From NCBI RefSeq assembly GCF_009914755.1, contig NC_060936.1: DNA of 64,000 nt. One strand, written 5' to 3'. The notes beneath the pieces were generated by a model. The model was not told the DNA's origin. It ran no database searches and saw only the letters and a program-made list of their open reading frames with translations. Position 1 is the stretch's first letter, and each line of letters opens with the position of its first letter. Made by a program: the position numbers and the translations under genes. Below are positions 58,873-64,000 of the stretch, in pieces. Source of the stretch: the human T2T-CHM13v2.0 reference genome, Homo sapiens.

Positions 58873-59794
58873 TCATTAACAGACTATAGCACTAACTCAA
58901 TCATTAAATAGTAAACACCAGAACTAGCATGAAGGCCATGTGTGTGAATGGCTAGGAATGGGGCCAGAAGAAAAATGCAGTATATAAGACATTAATGAGA
59001 AAGAAACAGGATTTGGCTACAACAAGGGGTACATAAAAAAAAAGAAATTTGTAAAATGTATCAGAAGACACAGTGTTATGGGAGAGAATGATAGAAAAAT
59101 ATGGCAGTACTAAATTGGGGGTGGGGAAGAACCTTGAAAAATATTAAGTATGAATACAACATCTAATAATGCCAGAATCACGTGAGGAGAACAGAAAATT
59201 CTCCAGTAGATACAATTTTGTTCAGTCATGATTATATTTTCCAATATCAATGATACTGACAATTATAGCTTTTAGATTTTACCAAATTTTCCACTATTTA
59301 TATTATGTTATGAAACACACAAGAAATGAAAATATATTAGCCGGCTACTTTTTAACCAGTAAGGGAACAGTTATGTGAGGCTTCTTCGTATCACTTAGCA
59401 AATGTAGCATACAAGGAAAAGATATGGCTTCCTTCATCTTATTACCTATTGAGTTCTAGAAAGGCTATACAACCAACAAAGCAATACCAATAACACTTAA
59501 TTTTGTGGTCAGATCACCCTGGAAAGAACATTTGCTCCATGGAATGCTCATACTTCACTGGTCTACATCATTATGACACTATTATATTCGGTCAGGTATT
59601 GAATAATTTAAAACCTGAACTAGGGCAGCAACAAAGGGAATGGAAAATATATATATATTATTAATATAAAATACAGTATGACAAGTATGACAGTATGACA
59701 AGAAGCTCTACCACTTAAATTTTACTAGTGGGAATCCAATTTGGTCCAACTTCTGGGCAATGTCTAATTCTGTCATTTAAATAAGCAAAGAATT

Positions 59795-60076
59795 GGCTGG
59801 GTGCAGTGGCTTATGCCTGAAATCCCAGCACTTTGGGAGGCTAAGGCAGGTGGATCTCTTGGGCTCAGGAGTTGGAGATCAGCCCAGGCAACATGGTGCA
59901 ACCCCATCTCTACAAAAAATACAAAAATTAGTCAAGCGTGGTGGTGTATGCCTCTAGTCTCAGCTACTCATGGCGCTAAGGCAGGAGGATCCCTTGAGCC
60001 TAACAGGAGAGGAGATTGCACCATTGCATTCCAGCCTGGGTGACAAAACAAGACCCTGACTAAAAAAAAAAAAAAA
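59795..60076 (+). mobile_element. AluJ
   Basis: Diverged dimer; AGCAAAGA on both flanks. Confidence 0.9.
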
Positions 60077-62882
60077 GAGCAAAGAGTAGCTATAGACAGA
60101 AAAACATCCAGAAAACATTGATTTTGTAAGGTCTAATCTATATCTGGACAGAGGTGATTAGTAACAGTTTTGAGACCTGCCCAGTTAGTAATTCGGTAGG
60201 AATGACCCACATACATGAAGTAATATGTTAAGTGATGAAAACATAGCAAACATTGTTCAATCCCCTCCAAAAATGCAAACACCTCTCTTGTTACTTGGGT
60301 AACTGATACATGAAAACAATATAGGACTTCCTAGAATTTTCTGAGTTCATTATCTGTTGTTCCTAATATCTGATTATGATACTTTACCCGGGCACATAAA
60401 CATCCGAGTGTTTGGGAAATACTAGAAAACTACAGATGCAACAGAAATCAAGAGTGGAAGCCATTTAATTCAGAATGTTCCTCTATGAATGGTGAGCACT
60501 CAAGCTTCTACAGTAGCATCAGTGAGAATTCACCATTAATAAGTTAAAGGAAGGTCTGGTTTTGCAATAAGAGAAAGTTGCTAAATGACTATGACAAATG
60601 ATGATGTTACATGATTGTGTTATAAGAACACCCACAAATTACCAAAAATGTAGCATTTATGTGATACAATTAGTGCAGCCCCCAGAACATGTTCCATTGG
60701 CTTAATTGCCCTTTGTTTCAGGGAGGAATTAACATTTTCTAAGCAACTACTATGTGCCAGGAACTGTACTTAGAATCTACATTTGTTATTTTATTAATAA
60801 TTGCTATTTGTTCAATTACAGTTTCTCAAACAGTGGTTTTGTTTGGTTTGGTTTTCTCTTAAGCGGAAAAGGCACAGTATCTAACTTGCATGTGAATTTG
60901 GTTCAATGGCTGGATTCATACAAGTAAATATAGTATTTGTTAAGTGAATGAATAAATGTTGAAGAAATGAATGAATGGCATGAAATGGTATGACATGGAA
61001 GGGTATGGTTTAGTACTGGCTCTCTTCTGAAAACTCCACTTACAGGAGTACTCTGTTGACAAGTTCCTAGGTGTAGTTCTAACAGTAGAAATGCCTTGGA
61101 AACAGATTCATAAACTTTAGAGCCACAAGGAATCTTGGAGGAGATCCTTTACTCTAACTCTCTCATTTTAAAGATGATGCCAAGAGAAAGCAAGTGATTT
61201 GCCTAAAGTTAACTTATCTAGTTACTGTAAGATGCAAGGCTCAGCCCTAGTTCCTATAATTTCCATTCCTATAGTGTAAACAGTTCCTTTTTGCTACTCC
61301 CTTGAGGGTTGATTGAAGCTCCTATGTGAAGGAACCATACTGACCAGTAATGTTTACTATGAAATCACTTGAACTATTAGTATATATAAAATACTCGCAT
61401 TTACGTCAAGATAGGGAAAGGATTTTTCTTACTGCCTCATAATTTAAATGAAAGTCTCAAGGTAAGTTGCTAGACACAGTCTCACATGACTTACCAAAAG
61501 GTAGCCAAACTGGCCCTTCAACCATAAGCCCTTTATCATTCATCTTCAGGCTATATAAGATAAGGCTAAAGATTCATGGTGGGGATATTTTGAAGAAATT
61601 CCAAGTTATAGAGAACATTGTTTTCTCTCTTCCTCTCCAAAGTATAAGGCAGTAGAATACCTCTCCTGTGTCAAGACAAATGAGGGGGTGGCCAAAGATT
61701 TTACTTTCAGAAATTGAAGACCTAAAAGAAGAGAATTCTGGCATCTCCATTCGGCAGAACTCAAGCACATCCCATCTCAGTATGTCCATCTCATAGAAGA
61801 CAGGCCCATCTCAGAGTGTCCACCCGGAGAGGAGAGGTGAGAGTTCTGGGAAAATCTGATGTGTCCTCTGGAGACCAGATGTATAAATAAACACAGAGAA
61901 ATGGCAACTGCTTCTCACCTGGAAAAGTCTGAAGACAGAAAGTAAAAAAAAAAAAAAAAAAAAAAAATGAGAGGGCAGTAACTCAACAAGCAAGCTGCAC
62001 TTTTGCTGTTTGACGAGTCACAGATATGTGATACTTCTCATTGCCCAACTGGACAAAATGAGAATGGCCCGAGAATATGCCATTTCACTGGAATTTTGCT
62101 AAGGAAAGTTGACTACAGGGGCAAAGGTACATTTGCTGTAAGAGGCTATGGGTGTATGGGAGAGTAAAGAGGTAACAGGAGCCAGGGGATTCCCAAGAGG
62201 TCAGACAGAGAGTAGAACTCTCATCACAGATGTAGCAAGGAAGCTGCCCTCAGGAGGCTTTACAAAGAACCCAAGGGTGTAATGGCCAGCTAATGAAAGC
62301 AAAAGAGAACTATAAAGAACATCAAGCAAAGAACTACGAAGAACACTAAGTTTAAAAAAAAAATCTGCTCTTCTTCCTCAAATGTGTCTCCACTCCCTGT
62401 TTTGAAGACCCAGAAACAGCAAAGTGAGTATGGAAGGAGGAATGAAAGAGCAAGTTGAGGCAGTAAGGCGAGTCCCCCTTTCCCACTGTAGGTCATTAAG
62501 TCTTCAGTCAGGATGGAGCTAAATGGAAAGAAAAGAAGAGCAAATTGGATGTTTTTGGTTTAGATTAGGCAGTACTCTAATTCCTGAAAATGACACCATT
62601 CTTACAGCTAAAAGTAAGTTGAAAGTAATGAGATCTACCCGTGAGGCTGAAAAGAAAAAAAAAATCAGACAAATCCTGAATGAAGCATAAACCCAAATTT
62701 CCTAGCTGTAACCCACCAAATTCAACCCACCCAACAAACCAGTTATACAGTCTTCAGGAATCAGGTTTGAAAGAACAACTTTATGATCTAGGGAAATGCT
62801 CTTGATTTAACAAAAAAAAAAATAAAGTGAAGTGAAAAATGAAGGAAAACTGTACATACAATAGGATTTAATTTAGGGTTAA

Positions 62883-63241
62883 AGACACGTGTCACATAGT
62901 GACATTTTAGTCAATGACTGACCGCATATTCAACAGTGGTCGCTTAAGATGATAATACTGTGTTTTTACCACACATTTTCTATGTTCAGATCTGTTTAGA
63001 TACACAAATGCTTACCATTGTGTTACAACTGCCTACTGTATAATGTTCAGTATAGTAACATGCTACACAGGTTTGTAGCCTAGGAGCAATACGCTCTATC
63101 ATATACCCTAAGTGTGTAACAGGCTATACCATCAAGGTTTGTATAAGTATACTCTATTATGTTCACACAACCGCAAAATTGCCTAATGACACATTTCTCT
63201 GTGTCGTTAAGAACATATCCTGTTTAAGCAAAACATGACTG
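62883..63241. mobile_element. Tigger3a/MER7A-like MITE
   Basis: CTTACCATTGTGTTACAACTGCCTAC and ACAGGTTTGTAGCCTAGGAGCAATA; ends CATGACTG-TA. Confidence 0.88.
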
Positions 63242-63277
63242 TAATATAAGATTATATTAAAAATATGATAGGCAGAT

Positions 63278-63580
63278 GGCCGAGCGCAGTGGCTCAAGCC
63301 TGTAATCCCAGCACTTTGGTTGGCCAAGGCAGGTGAATAACCTGAGGGCAGGAGTTCAAGACCAGCCTGGCCAACATGGTAAAACCCTTTCTCTACTAAA
63401 AATACACAAATTAGCCGGGTGTGATAGTGCATGCCTGTAGTCCCAGCTACTCAGGAAGCTGAGGCAGGAGAATTGCTTAAACCCAGGAGGTGGAGGTTGC
63501 AGTAGGCCAGGGCTGCGCCACTGCACTCCAACCTGGGTGACAGGGCAAGACTCCATCTCAAAATAAATAAATAAATAAAT
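63278..63580 (+). mobile_element. AluS followed by an AT-rich tract (to about 63745, including a 29-bp tandem duplication at 63649-63706)
   Basis: Dimer followed by AT low-complexity sequence. Confidence 0.93.
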
Positions 63581-63825
63581 ATATATAATTTATATATATA
63601 TATATATACACATACACACATATATATTTATTTATATATAAAAATAAAATATGTATAATTTTATATATTATATAATTATATGTATAATTTTATATATTAT
63701 ATAATTACATATATAATTTATATATATAAATAATAAACATATATATGGCAGAAATAAAATAACATTTTTAAAATTTATCTGAGTGGTAAAATTGTTATAA
63801 ATTTTCCAAAATGAACAAATAGTAC

Positions 63826-64000
63826 CTTTTTGTGGGATGGAGGGCAAACTCTCACTTTATCACCCAGGCCTGCATGCAATGGCGCCATCATAGCTCACTG
63901 CAGCCTCAGCCTCCCCTAGCTCAAGCGATTCTCCCACCTCAGCCTCCCAAGTAGCTGGGATTACAGGTACGTACCACCACATCCAGCTAATTTTTGTTTT
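63826..64000 (-). mobile_element. AluJ right arm (cut by the window end)
   Basis: Antisense Alu sequence. Confidence 0.88.

Noticed and set aside
61990-62660. Possible MamGypsy-type LTR relic
   Set aside because: Only one short motif resembles the recalled consensus; boundaries cannot be supported.

Overview
This is primate, almost certainly human, genomic DNA covering the 5' part of KIF21A (kinesin-4 motor) on the minus strand. Coding exons 2-8 lie at 29-12128. They encode residues 15-405 (motor domain, neck linker and start of the stalk), every visible splice site is canonical GT/AG, and the frame is continuous. Everything from 12129 to 64000 is part of the very long intron 1; exon 1 is outside the window. 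The introns are dense with repeats: about 30 Alu or monomer copies, several solo LTRs with intact target-site duplications (TSDs), a complete two-LTR MLT1 MaLR element, old L1/L2/MIR/CR1 fragments and MER DNA transposons. Nearly all non-KIF21A ORFs in the track are repeat-derived or chance ORFs. I found no evidence of a new multi-gene system. The most interesting leads are splicing-related and are hypotheses only: (1) exons 2-7 form a 975-nt phase-2/phase-2 block bracketed by inverted Alus, which predicts a stop-free circular ORF and an in-frame motor-less isoform; (2) a candidate recursive splice site or microexon at about 61.9 kb; (3) a frame-preserving 36-nt cryptic exon at 41644-41679. Also notable are a translatable CR1 relic, a twin-primed L1, nested palindromes and a CTCF-like motif. 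Repeat subfamily names are from memory of consensus sequences and need RepeatMasker/Dfam confirmation.
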